Source of the DNA: Eledone cirrhosa
Taxonomy: Eukaryota
Length of the DNA: 64,000 bases
NCBI GenBank assembly: GCA_964016885.1
Contig: OZ024740.1
Coordinates: forward strand, 310,062,001-310,126,000
Direction of reading: 5' to 3'
Made by a program: the position numbers and the translations under genes. Shown here piece after piece: positions 1 through 11,545 of the stretch. Positions within the stretch are counted from its first letter, which is position 1. Each line of letters starts with the position of its first letter. Under the pieces are notes generated by a model. It made no database searches, was not told the DNA's origin, and saw only the letters and a list, made by a program, of their open reading frames with translations.

Positions 1-1
1 A

Positions 2-310
2 GATCCGCTACTTCCCCAAATTGAGATATCACAACTCCGGTACTATGGACATGTGGTTAGAATGACTCAGGAAAGAATCGCTGGATAGATTTTACGAGCA
101 AAACCAACTGACAGGGGACGCAGGAGTAGACACAGACCAAGATGTTCAGATAATATCCATGATCTTGGCCGGTCAAACCTGGGGATCAGAGCTGAATCAG
201 TCGGAAACTGTTGATTCTGCCAGAATCCACTTGAAGGGGTGTTTAACGATTCTAAGCCCACAAACAACCCTCTCAGGAATAATTGGGCGGCAAAGAAGAA
301 AGAAGAAGAA
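2..310 (+). mobile_element. RTE-clade LINE 3' end (ORF C-terminus remnant plus (GAA)n tail)
   Basis: Frame 2 reads PLLPQIEISQLRYYGHVVRMTQER..*..RGRRSRHRPR..DNIHDLGRSNLGI, matching the RTE C-terminal 'L.IERSQLRW.GHV.RM...GRR.RGRPR..W.D' pattern; ends in a GAA repeat; in-frame stops. Confidence 0.8.
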
Positions 311-346
311 GGTGCATGTAGAGTCATAGATGGAAGAGAGAATGCG

Positions 347-369
347 AGAGAGAGAGAGAGGGAGAGAGA

Positions 370-457
<88 letters not shown>
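347..457. repeat. (GA)n microsatellite
   Basis: Direct inspection. Confidence 0.95.
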
Positions 458-460
<3 letters not shown>

Positions 461-609
461 GAATATATATATATATACTGTATATATATATTAGCAGAGG
501 TACCCGGCGTTTCCCGGTATAACTCTCAATGGAGTAGTTGCTCAAATGAACCGAAAGACTTCCGTTAAACACGACTATAGAAGTAACAATTTATAGCTGT
601 TTCCCCTAA

Positions 610-870
610 AGATGGCCTTTGAACGTTCACTTTGAAATATCTCTGCGGCGATGCTGCCAGTAAAGACGAATCCGATGGTAACAATTTGAATTTGGTGGCC
701 CTGAAGAGGAACTTTTAACGTTCACTTTGAAATATCTCAGCAGCGGTGCTGCCAGCAAAGATGAATCCGATGGTAACAATTTAAACTTGGTGGCCATGAA
801 GAGGACCTTGGATCGTTCTCTCTTAAAAGTCTCAGCGACAGAGCTGTCAGCAAAGACGACTCCGATTAGA
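610..870. repeat. ~95-bp tandem repeat (about 3 copies) in the Helitron 3' region
   Basis: AACGTTCACTTTGAAATATCTC..GCTGCCAG.AAAGA.GA.TCCGAT recurs at ~622, ~717 and ~812. Confidence 0.85.
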
Positions 871-1249
871 GGTGCTGGCCCTTAAGAAGTCCTTCACACC
901 ACTTTGGTGTGTCGAATTTGCTTTGCTTGCTATTTGAAATTGTAACCTAGAAAAGCATGTAACAGTCGGTGGCCACAAAAACGACCTTGGCAAGATCACG
1001 CTGGATTGTCAAAAACATGTGTAAATAAGATGTAGGGAAAAGTAGATTAATTAGGTTAAAACTACTGAACATCGAGAGCAAAGCGTAATAGCAACATATA
1101 AATGCGGAAAAAGGAGACATTGAACATTTATAATGTATAGCAAAAGCAACCTCAGAGGCGTACGTGGTATTTTAAAAAGGACAAGAATAGCACACGGATA
1201 CCGCAAATGTAAACACTTATACAAAATAAAAAAAAAACAGCGTTTACCT

Positions 1250-4200
1250 GTTGGCGGATGGGGTGCCTACAAAAACTTCCTTATAGACTATATGTAGGGT
1301 TTTCTTGCGAGCTGCAAAAGCAAATAGGTTATGTCGGCTCCCCACTTGACAGCAGCCAACGCAGTTGACCATGGGGGGAGCACGGTTCTTCTAAATTAAG
1401 CCCTACGACCGTCAGCGTCTGACCCTGTGATTTGTTAATCGACATGGCGAAACTGAGTCGAAGAGGGAATTGCAGCCTTCTGAATGTGAAAGGAATTTCT
1501 TTACCGGATGGAATGAGAGGTATCCTTGGTATGAAGACAGTATCCCCCTTACCACATACTGTAAGTATTGTTGCCTCAATAACATGAGGCATCGCCTTTT
1601 GGATAACCAGACGCGTGCCGTTGGAAAGCCTTCGGGGTTCAACATTTCTGCGGAGCATGACAGGGGCACCTTTCTTAAGTCGCAGTAAGTGTGGTAGCAA
1701 TCCGGGAGGGTCTACGGAGTTAAGAAATTATGTGGGGTAATTAACAACTTCGTCCGGATCAGCCATAGAGTCAAGGGACTTGTAGATGTGCAGGTTTCCA
1801 AGCAAGCACAGCATGAGCTGTTCATTGATGCTTCCAACTATGTGGTTTTTCGGAGCCAATATTGCGCGTTCACACAACCACTCTTGATTTGTGTAGTTCT
1901 CCTCAAGATTAGAAATAACAGACGTCCGTAACTCAGCAATTGACTTAACGCATCTGCAAATCCCTGTGAGGTCCGCTGTACCATCTCAGTCGAGTGGGAC
2001 TTTGCCATATCCCAACAACAAAATGGCAGCAGTAAAACCCGCTGATGTCTCATCATCACCCTGAGGTTGTGCTCTCATGTTTGTTTTAAGCGTCAGCTTT
2101 CTTACATAACGCCAAAGTGGGGAGGCCTTAAGGCATGCACCAACCTCATCAGCCCGCGTACATTTTGGGATTACAGGCAGAGTCTGTCGGAAGTCCCCAG
2201 ATAACAGGAAAGTGACACAATTAGTAGGCAGCGCTTTAACAGCAGCGCTTTTCCGGAAGACTTGCTGATGTTGCACGTGGATGTCTCAGATGATGCCACG
2301 TTGAGAGGAAGACTAAAGGCAGAATGGGCCGTCCTGCCACCAGCCAGCAAAGTTGCTGCAATGCCGTAAGAAGCCACGGCCAATGCGATGTTTCCGTGTT
2401 GCCTCACTGCAGCGAGTAAAAGTTTGATTACAAATGTTTTGCCCGTGCCTCCAGGTGCGCCCAGGAAGAATACACCCCCTCCCCGATTACGGATGGAATC
2501 AACGACACTGTTTTTGATCCATTAGAAATTTTGGTTCATTCTCTTCAACATACCTTTTGAGTTCGTCGACATCATATGACGTTTCACGTATAATATTGGG
2601 AATGTCAGATGGCAGATGGCAGTGTTTGCGGAAGCCCATATTTCTCCAAGACATCTCCGCCCATTGAAGCCACTCTGTCTTCAATATAGATCAGAGCTCT
2701 GTTATATATAGCGTCTTAAAAGCCGACATCGAAGTTTTGAGAAATCATCTTTAAACTTTTGCCATAAAGAGTAAGGATCACTCAATTCACAGACGTGCAA
2801 GAGGATAGCAAAAAGTGCTCTTAGACTACGGGATGATTGTGAGATGGCAGCTTCCGTCAAGCATGCATCCCATTGTGCGTCATCTTCTAAAAGTCCACGC
2901 CTCAAGCAGGCTTCCCTGTACGTTCCGCAGGCGTATCCATCGACGGTTCTCAGATGAGTGAAGCTAGTCGGCCCTCTTACCTCATGAAGCAGAAGTCGAA
3001 GGTAGAAGCATTCGTGTTGGGTAGGTTCGACCGTATAAACTCGCCCAAGGAAATTGTCGAATTTGATGCCTGGATATCTAACCACCTCTTGTCCTACCTT
3101 CCTTCGTAGCTATTTTGTCCGGTTCCATGTATAGTAAGACGGTATTTCAGAATACAGCAGAGTTCTAGCGAAGTCGTCGTGTTGACAAAGTTTGAAAAAA
3201 GCGGTGAGTGTAGTTTCGTTTGGTGAGATCGCTAGCTGAGCAGCTGTTGCATCATTGAAATACACCCGTTGACCGTTTTCAAGGTGAACGGCAAGTTGTT
3301 TAATGATGGGGTGTCATTGGTGCAGTGGGAAGCTAAACACGCGCTAAAAGACTTCATTGCTGCTAATGTATCGGCCTGCTTGGTAGTCAGATACCTCATC
3401 TCTACTGTTTTCATGACGAAGACCAAAGAAGGCAGCATCCTATCCCTTGTTTACGTACTTACAAACGTATTTAATTGATTTTACTGAGTTGCAAAATTCG
3501 ACGTTTATATGGGCGTTGAACACTTTCAAAAGGAGGGGGCAATATGGCACTATCCAGCTGTTGTCGATTTCGCGTTCACCAACTTTTGTTGTGAACCCAC
3601 CTTCTTCAGGTCTCCTGCGCCTATACAACGGATATCCGTCACCGCCAGTCTGTCGTACGTAGGTCATGGCTTCCTGAGTCCTCTCGTGCATGTATCGGGG
3701 TCCCCCTGTGAACGTTGAAGGCAAAATACACACTTTCCCTAAATTCTCTGGGGATACGTCGTTGCTAATTCCATCGTGTAGATGAATGTAGCATTCAGAT
3801 CGAAGTTTATTTTCATTTAATTTAATGAACCATAATCTCTCGGACTCCAGTTTAACGGCCATATCAACAGCAAATTGTTGGAAAAGGTCCCGAGAACGGT
3901 GTAGATGGTTGAATGAATTGTCCCTTACCATGAATTGGAAAGCGTAGAAATCCATGCAGGTGACAGTTTTCCTAAGATGTGCCTCACCATTGCCTGCTGA
4001 ATGTTGAGGAATGCCGAAATGGTATCCATCCTCGCCGTTGACAAATAGCAATGGATACTGGAGTGCATCGTAGGACATGTGTGTCTCATTGATACGCTAT
4101 AACATGCTGTCTCGGTGCTTTAGAATGATATCTCTCTCGTGCTGTTCACCACAAATAACCGCAGCAATCTCATAACATGTTGGTGCGTTGAACCGACCAG

Positions 4201-4783
4201 CGTATTCTCCAGATGGCCTTCGGTCAGCATGTATTACCACACTAAAGTTTTGGTCGGTAGCTGTTTCCAAAGCGTACTTGAAACTGCGAACATAGCTGTT
4301 TTTGTCGTGAAGCATTTCTTGAAGTTTTATTATGGTTCCAATGTTAGTTTCGGACGAAATAGAGTTTCGCATCTCTGCCTGCTCCTGATAGTTTCCAAGA
4401 GAGTATAACTGAAGAAATTGAGGATACTTTTCTGTCAGAGGCTGAATAGAAACAATCAAGTGGTAGATCTGCCCCTGGACATTGAAAGTTGGCATGAACC
4501 CACGTTCAGAGGCAGCGAATGTTGCAGCGGCGTCATTGCTACGTCGAACGTCACGTCGTCCTTCATCCTCTCGTGCGCGAGCAGCAGCAGTCTCGGCAGC
4601 ACTTTTGTTCCGTTGAAGTTAACGCCGACTGTCATCCTCCTCCACTCTTGCAGCTGTCGTCTGCACAGCATTCTGTGAGAGCCTGATCGCAGTTGCATTT
4701 ACATCTTCGGTGAGACGCCATCGCTTAGACCTACTTGTATCATTAGATAATCGATCAATGAGAGTTCTTTTGTTGGGAGGCAT
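1250..4783 (-). pseudogene. Helitron RepHel (HUH Rep plus PIF1-like SF1 helicase), fragmented by stops, frameshifts and deletions
   Basis: ORF pieces carry FMPTFNVQGQIYH, SYDALQYPLLF, LPSTFTGGPRYM, DGYPLYRRR, SIKYVCKYVNKG (Rep motif 3), ECFYLRLLL..VRGPTSF, GAPGGTGKTF (Walker A), VASYGIAATLLAGGRTAHS, GDFRQTLPV, RLQFPLRLSFAMSINKSQGQTL; ATG at 4783. Confidence 0.95.
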
Positions 4784-5069
4784 TATTTTTAGAAAGTTAA
4801 TCAGGGAGAACGATAAATAGTGGACACATAACGTTTAAGTAAGCAAAAAAACACGGATATAAATTGTGAAAAAATGTGATAAATCTATGTGGTCTGAGAA
4901 AGTGGGTATGTTTTGCAAGATTTTGTGTACCAGTCAAATTTCAGGTTTTAAGTTAGGGGCAACGCAAAGTAAGTACTAACCATTGAAAGGATACAGGCAA
5001 AAATGGCCGAAAAATCACAGCATGATAAACTGGAACCTTATGACCATAAACACATTAACTTAACCTCCT

Positions 5070-5560
5070 TTAACCCTTTAGTCTTCAAACCGGCCGAAAT
5101 TATTTCCCCTTCATTTGTTCAAACCACCCAAAACCACCGTAACACCCACACTTATATATCGTTCTAAAAATAAACAATACCGTTATCAAAATCTCGTCAA
5201 ATCGAGATTACTGCGAGATTAGGCGAAAACTAACACTTAATATAGTGAAACAACTGAAAACAACACGTGTTTTTTTAACGTTGAAAGTAGAACAGATTTT
5301 TTGTTTGTATCAACATGGCTTATGAAAGTAGCGATACCGACTTTCATGTTTTTACACACGACGGCATTCAAAATGAACAAGAAACAAAAGATAATATTAG
5401 TGATTTATCTTCAAATGAATCAGATGTTTACATTTCTGAAATTTAATCCGACGATGATTGTTGTTTTAAAAGTGAAAACGAAGATCGAACGTAAATTTAA
5501 AAAGTTATCAGGTACTAATACAGTGTTAATGTGAACTTCAATAGATAAGTCGAAGGGTGA
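5070..5560 (+). mobile_element. Possible piggyBac-derived non-autonomous element nested in the Helitron 5' region
   Basis: Starts TTAA|CCCTTT; degenerate AAGGGTGA at the right end; short acidic ORF MAYESSDTDFHVFT..SDLSSNESDV resembles piggyBac transposase N-termini. Confidence 0.45.
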
Positions 5561-6688
5561 GCTTATAAGGGGGCTAGCTGCCCCCGCGGCCCCCCACAAT
5601 CGATGTACAGAAAAATAAAATAGTCTACGACGCGTAATGGGACTTTAGAAACGGATGTCTGAAGTTTGGTGCAAATCGGTTGTAAAATGTAGAAATGCAT
5701 GCGGTTACACAAACCAACAGATCTTCTTTTTTTATATATATAGATACATATATATTGATAACTTATTAGATATGAATGGTTAGGCATAAAGAGATGGAGA
5801 AACAGATATGAATAAATATACAATAGAAACATTGACTTTTTCTCATGATTTATATTATATTCTAACACATGTGTAAGTGTCTGTGTATATGTGTGTATAA
5901 ACACATAGTTACATACATGCGTACATTCATACATACACACATGCATACAGAAATGCATACCTACGTATATACATACATACGTTCATGCATACATGCATAC
6001 ATACATACATACATACATACATACATACATACATACATACATACATACATACAATTCATACATATTTGCGTGAATACGTTGGAATATATACGTATAGGCA
6101 TAACCTCCATTGTTTGACAGATATGGCTCTCTCAGTACACAGGAAAATGCACATCACACTCAACATGTCATGGAAGATTATAGTGAATTTGTGAAGTAAA
6201 CATTTTACCTTGAACATAAGCTATGTCAGAATGACATAAATGCCTAAAGCTTCTATTTATAGAAATAAAGGTAACTGAAAAAAGTCCAAGTTCAACATTA
6301 CATTGGCAGTTATATAGAATGAGATAAAAATGTAATAAAAGATAACTGCATTAACAATAGTATTTAAAAGCAGAATATACGGAGCATGACGTCATAAAAT
6401 GAGGAGAATATATGATTAAGTATTATATAATGAAGGAATTTTTTTTTTAGATTTCATTAGGAATATTAAACAAATTACCGTTGGGTTTGTTTGAGTTTGA
6501 AATTCTCTCTGTTTATCAATTTCTCATGTCAGCAATCTATCGAAAATCGATTTAGGAAAACAACCTACCATTCCCATTCAAAATTATTACAAAATAGAAG
6601 GCGTAGTTGAGTTTAATTTTCGCTTCGATATCATTGCTGTCATATCTATCAATATGAGTTTGATAATGCCTTGGAATAACAATAGTTC

Positions 6689-7480
6689 TTTCTTCTTCTT
6701 CTTCTTCTTCTTCTTCTTCTTCTTCTTCTTCTTCTTCTTCTTCTTCTTCTTCTTCTTCTTCTTCTTCTGCTGCTACACCCACTTATTCCTGGGAGGGCTG
6801 TGTGGACGGTGTCCCTAGATACGCTTTAGAGGGTCTCCTTTTTACTTGGCAGGATCCCCAAGCGGGATCAACCGAACCTGTTGCGTTTGTCTGCTGAATC
6901 TGACCCGCTATTATTTCTGTAGTCATCCTGACCACATGTACATAGTAATGGCACTATAACCTCTCAATTCGGAGAAGTAAAGTCTTCACCTGGAACGACT
7001 CTCGGATTTTCAAACTACGCACTATATCGTATAACGTTAGTCCGAAGAAACATAGGAGGCGACTCCGTGATTGTATTCTTTCGGTCATTACTCAAGATTC
7101 ATGACACCGAATTGAAGATAGCGAATTTGGCTTTTACACCTTCTTCTGAAGACCAAGTGCTAAACGTTATGCATTTCTCGTACTAGCGCCTGCAATTTTT
7201 GTATTTAATTTAATCTCCTTCCCTCTATCACACGGGAAATGGTCCCAGGACTCTTAAAGTGCTTCACCTGTTTCACTGGAACTCACCTCACGTTTAGAGT
7301 TCCCTACGCAGATTTTATTCGCCGCTCTGATTCTTATTTCTACCACGCAGCATTCGGGAGCATAGCTATGAAATAACCGCCCGAATTCGCTTTCTGACGA
7401 GTTAAGTAGTACCATGTCGTCTGCAAATTCCAGTCGACGTATCCTACACCCGGCTGTTTTTATATCACTTATATGAAGGC
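6689..7480 (-). mobile_element. RTE-clade LINE 3' part, decayed, with (GAA)n tail
   Basis: Minus strand reads CRIRRLEFADDMVLLNSSESE (RT catalytic FADD); 3' end CCCTCCCAGGAATAAGTGGG..(GAA)n resembles the 3' end at 268-310. Confidence 0.75.
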
Positions 7481-7599
7481 TAACATGCCAATCCTGTTCA
7501 GGAAGGTTCTTGAAGAGAGTTTCATTCGCCCGAGGTGGAGAGAATACGTTTCTGATCTAAACGCAGTCACAATAAATTTACTGATGTTTATGACGTGCC

Positions 7600-8075
7600 T
7601 ATAGAATCTATGTATCAAATGTAACAAGGCTTCCGATGTGGATCAAATACAGCCAATTATGTTAAAAGTCTTTAAATAAAGAAGGTATTCTCAGGCTGAT
7701 ATGCGTGTGCTGCATCACCTAGATGTCTGGAAAGTTTCCAAGGACATGGAACGTGATTATACCTGATTTTCAAAACGGGATGTTAGAGACATTGCTCCAA
7801 TTATAAAAGTAACTCCTTGTTAAGTCACCTCGGTATTGTCGAGTACAACCTACCTGATTAAATATCCACATAACTTCAGTTTTGCTAAAAGGTGCATGAC
7901 CAAGTAAAGACACACAACCGTGCGATTTGTTATGAAGTATTCTGCACGAGTATGGTATTGAATGAGAGTTTTGTGCAGCCTTGAAGTCCCCATAAAATGG
8001 TCTTACAGTTTATGTTCGGATACATTGTTTTAGGTCGAAATCATTCAATAATGTGATACAGGTTCAGAGTTTGTA
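7600..8075 (+). mobile_element. RTE-like RT N-terminal fragment, inverted relative to the neighbouring 3' part
   Basis: Degenerate NKASDVDQIQPIMLK, SGKFPRTW, VIIP, CSNYKSNSLLSHLG, VRIHCFRSKSF (RT domains 0 to just before 4). Confidence 0.6.
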
Positions 8076-10559
8076 ATTTAAAATCCTAATAATAAAAGGT
8101 GGAATTGTACTCTACGGTCCAATCTGCAGATTTATTTTCCCTCTGTGGCAATTATACAAAGGTGATGAAAAGAATCATAATGTTGGTTGCATGGTATCCA
8201 ACAAGACAAACAGTGATCATTTTAAGAATGTAGAAACAGTTAGAGGAACATGACAGGGATATCTAATGGTAGTTCTATAATTCGGAGAAGGTAAATGAGC
8301 TCACATGATGTATATCCTCTTTCCGTAAAATCATACGTGAAAAGAAATAATTTGTATCTGATTTTGCAACTATTAGGATTTGGGCTCAAACGCGACTTTT
8401 ACCTTGTATACAGTTCAACAGTGCTTAAATTCTTGATTTCCATGACAACCGTATAAGCGAAATATTTCTCGTGAAGTTTTAGAAATATACATAATTTATG
8501 TAAATCAAAATAAGTTCGTCGTCAGAAATCTGCAATCTCATTTACGACTAATGCTAAATTGTAATTTCATAAGGCTAGACCCATTAGACTATTTTAATTA
8601 TAATATTGCACAATGCAAGACATTTAACTGAATTTCCAAGTAACATATTCTGTTATTATCTAAAGTACACCCATTCAGTAACATATTTATTAAAAGCAAC
8701 AGATTTGAATTATTATACTTTCAGTACAAGATGTCAATGTCAAATGTCTACTGAAAATCTACTTTCAATTTCTAGAGATAAGAATTATCGTCCATACACT
8801 TATTTTAATGGGGAGAGTTTTATGCTTCTAAATCAAGAATGACGCCATTTATTTGGTACATGTCTACAGATAAAATCAGTATTCTGTTTTATGAAAGAAA
8901 ACCGAAGCAGATTAACACATTATATACTTCTTCAAACAAATATTTCTCGTCATACATTGAACACATATACGCAAGTAGGTAAATAAAGAAGACAATTTTA
9001 TTTCAGTAACAATATTCAACGCATTGAGAGAAAGGTGGAAACAAGTTACAGAATAATTGAGAATAAGACAGAGAGGGGCAGACAGACGCACAGTGAGGAT
9101 TTTGATTCGACATCTACGCCAGAATTTCACACTAATTCCAGTGACGCCGATTTTCGGAAGTTATATATTATCTATTATGTTGTAAATATTCAAATAAATA
9201 CACACGTCTTAGCACTTACTATTAGAATTTGCACGAGAAAATATTTAAATTTAGATTCATCCTCCACACTCTAGAAGAAGGGTTTTAAAACGATTAACAT
9301 TTTTTTTTTAGTTTCTGGTGCGTTAAAAATATATTATTTCCACTGAATTTTCAGATATAAGTAGTTTACATTTATAATCAAAATAGTCTCACTAATATAA
9401 ACGATATTGCTATGCTCAAATTGTGCATGTATTGTATTTAATCCTGCCACCATCCTGCCACCATCAGAAATTTCCTTTATATATTTTAGAATGGATATAT
9501 GTCAACATATTTGTATTATGTGTACCGGCTTAGATTATGAGTTCAACTCTCGCTCATGTTCACTTTTCCCGTTATTTTACCTAGTGTCAATCAAGTGAGT
9601 GTATAACTCAATCACTCAAATAATCTAAATACTAACAGAGTAGGAAAAGAATGAACGAGGAATATAATGATTATAGAAAACACAATCCATGCATCAACTA
9701 AAATTTTATTCACTTTTGAATAATCCTATGAATTATTTGTCCAAAATTAGAGGAGACAACATAAGGTTTTGCTTTGAATTATGGCATTTTCTCTAGAACA
9801 CTTAGAAGTATTTCCAAACAGGATAATCTGATTATTACACGTGAAATCAAAATAATATAATCACGGAAGACATATTTTCAACTTTTGTTAAACAATGTAA
9901 TATTCTGTGTGAAGCTCGACAGAAGTAACACTTATGAAGTATATAGTGCGCTATATCTCAGTTTGTGTTCTATATACGCTCATACAATGCAGCGCTAAAC
10001 GGACGAGTGATATACGGGTGAATATAATATAACACAGAAATACCAGCATGATAGACGAGGAATTGGCAAAGATGATGCTAAGTCGGAGTAAAATGACTCT
10101 TTTATTTGTTCCTGCTCAATGTGCTACGAGTTTAAATCACTCCACAATCAACAGTAGCTTTTATCCGTTAAATAAATGAATTACTTGTCAAGTACTGTGG
10201 TTGGTCATAGCCCTATCTCTGTGTATCATTTTATCTTTCTCGACCATTCTCTTTCAACTACTCACATGCACACATTCTCATTTTCTCTCTTTTACTTGCT
10301 GAAGACAGTTTTATTCGATTCTGGAGAGGGGTGGACTCCACTGTGTTAATATTTCCAGGTGCCGATTACCTTTAATCTACCCGCATCACTGTATGATTTA
10401 TGATAAAATTAGAAAATAAATTTCAATATTTATGCGCTAATATCAGGTTCTATCTGCCCTACATGAATCAGGCTTTGTTGTCTTTTCTCATACATGTGTC
10501 CATTTTAAAAGTATGCATTTAATATCGCGGGTGTATGCCTGAGCCCTCCCTCACGTCAA

Positions 10560-10725
10560 ACACTATACACACACGTAAACGCATGCGCAGAGAAGAAGAC
10601 AAAAATAAAAAAATAAATAAACAGATAAAATAAAAATGGCGTAGACATACAATACAACAGGAGGAACATAATAATAGTACCACTGAGGATGTTGCAGATG
10701 TGCAACGAAAGAACTTTGTTAGACT
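10560..10725 (+). repeat. Orphan copy of the Penelope-like 3' terminal sequence found at 30813-31020
   Basis: Shares CACTATACACACACG.AAACGCATGCGCA, AAAATGGCGTAGACATACAA..CAACAGGAGGAACA and the HHR core. Confidence 0.8.
10678..10720 (+). ncRNA. Type I hammerhead ribozyme motif (degenerate stems I and III)
   Basis: CUGAGGA-u-GUUGCA gaug UGCAAC-GAAA. Confidence 0.55.
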
Positions 10726-10742
10726 ATATATATATATGTATT

Positions 10743-10922
10743 TGTATCGGTATTTTTTACCGTTGGTCAGTCAATGATAAACATAGAGGACCAAATGAAT
10801 TAACTGTGGAGATATAAAAAATACAGAAGCGAAATCCAACCAAACAGTGAGTGTGTTCTGTTATTTATTTCTGTCAATAGTATTACAACAATATGACACT
10901 CCCCAACTCCCCAAGTATGACA
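10743..10922 (-). repeat. Short TG..CA element (solo-LTR-like), copy 1
   Basis: Diverged homologue of 19146-19316 and 31041-31211; TGT..ACA ends; next to (TA)n. Confidence 0.65.
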
Positions 10923-10997
<75 letters not shown>

Positions 10998-11001
<4 letters not shown>

Positions 11002-11175
11002 TCTACTCTTGGCACAAGTCCAGTGAATTACTGATGCTTTATTTTATCGTCTCCGTAAAGATGAAAGGCAAAGTTAATCTCGACGGGGTTTGAACTAAGA
11101 TCATAATAGGCCGTAACTCTTTGCTGTAAAGCATGGCGTCAGATCCTCTACCGATACTGCCAATCACCACCCTTA
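10998..11175 (-). mobile_element. tRNA-derived SINE
   Basis: Minus strand A-box TGGCAGTATCGG and B-box AGTTCAAACCC, then AACTTTGCCTTTCATC core and GGACTTGTGCC..AGAAAC tail, shared with other copies in the window. Confidence 0.75.
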
Positions 11176-11176
11176 C

Positions 11177-11215
<39 letters not shown>

Positions 11216-11545
11216 TATGGGACTGCTGGCTCACCCCTTCCTCACCAACAATATAAAAAGCCCCGGCACCACCACCGACATAGCCAACAACAATAACAGG
11301 CAACTACTGCAAAAAGTATATTATATTATTGTAATGCACTGGGTGATTGCTGGCCTTGTGCCTGGAGTGGAGACAATTATTAATAATTTCATTCTTAAGC
11401 CACTCAATGCTCACATTAAGGAACCACTCATGATAATAACAATTTAAAAAAACAACAAAAAGAAAACCCCGTGACCAAGAAATACCGGGATGGCGGCCGG
11501 CGGGGAATAGCCGTATCTCTAGGGTAGAACGACCCCTCTAGTCTT

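Larger units (their letters stand above)
491..5744 (-). mobile_element. Helitron (autonomous-derived, decayed) with both termini
   Basis: Minus strand begins A|TCTATATATATAAAA at 5744 and ends with a CCGG-GAAACG-CCGG hairpin then CTAA|T at 491 (CTAG variant); encloses Rep-helicase coding remnants. Confidence 0.88.

Noticed and set aside
610-870. CRISPR-like or hammerhead-like periodicity (CTGAAGA..GAAA)
   Set aside because: Whole unit repeats with no unique spacers, the context is eukaryotic, and stems I and II do not pair
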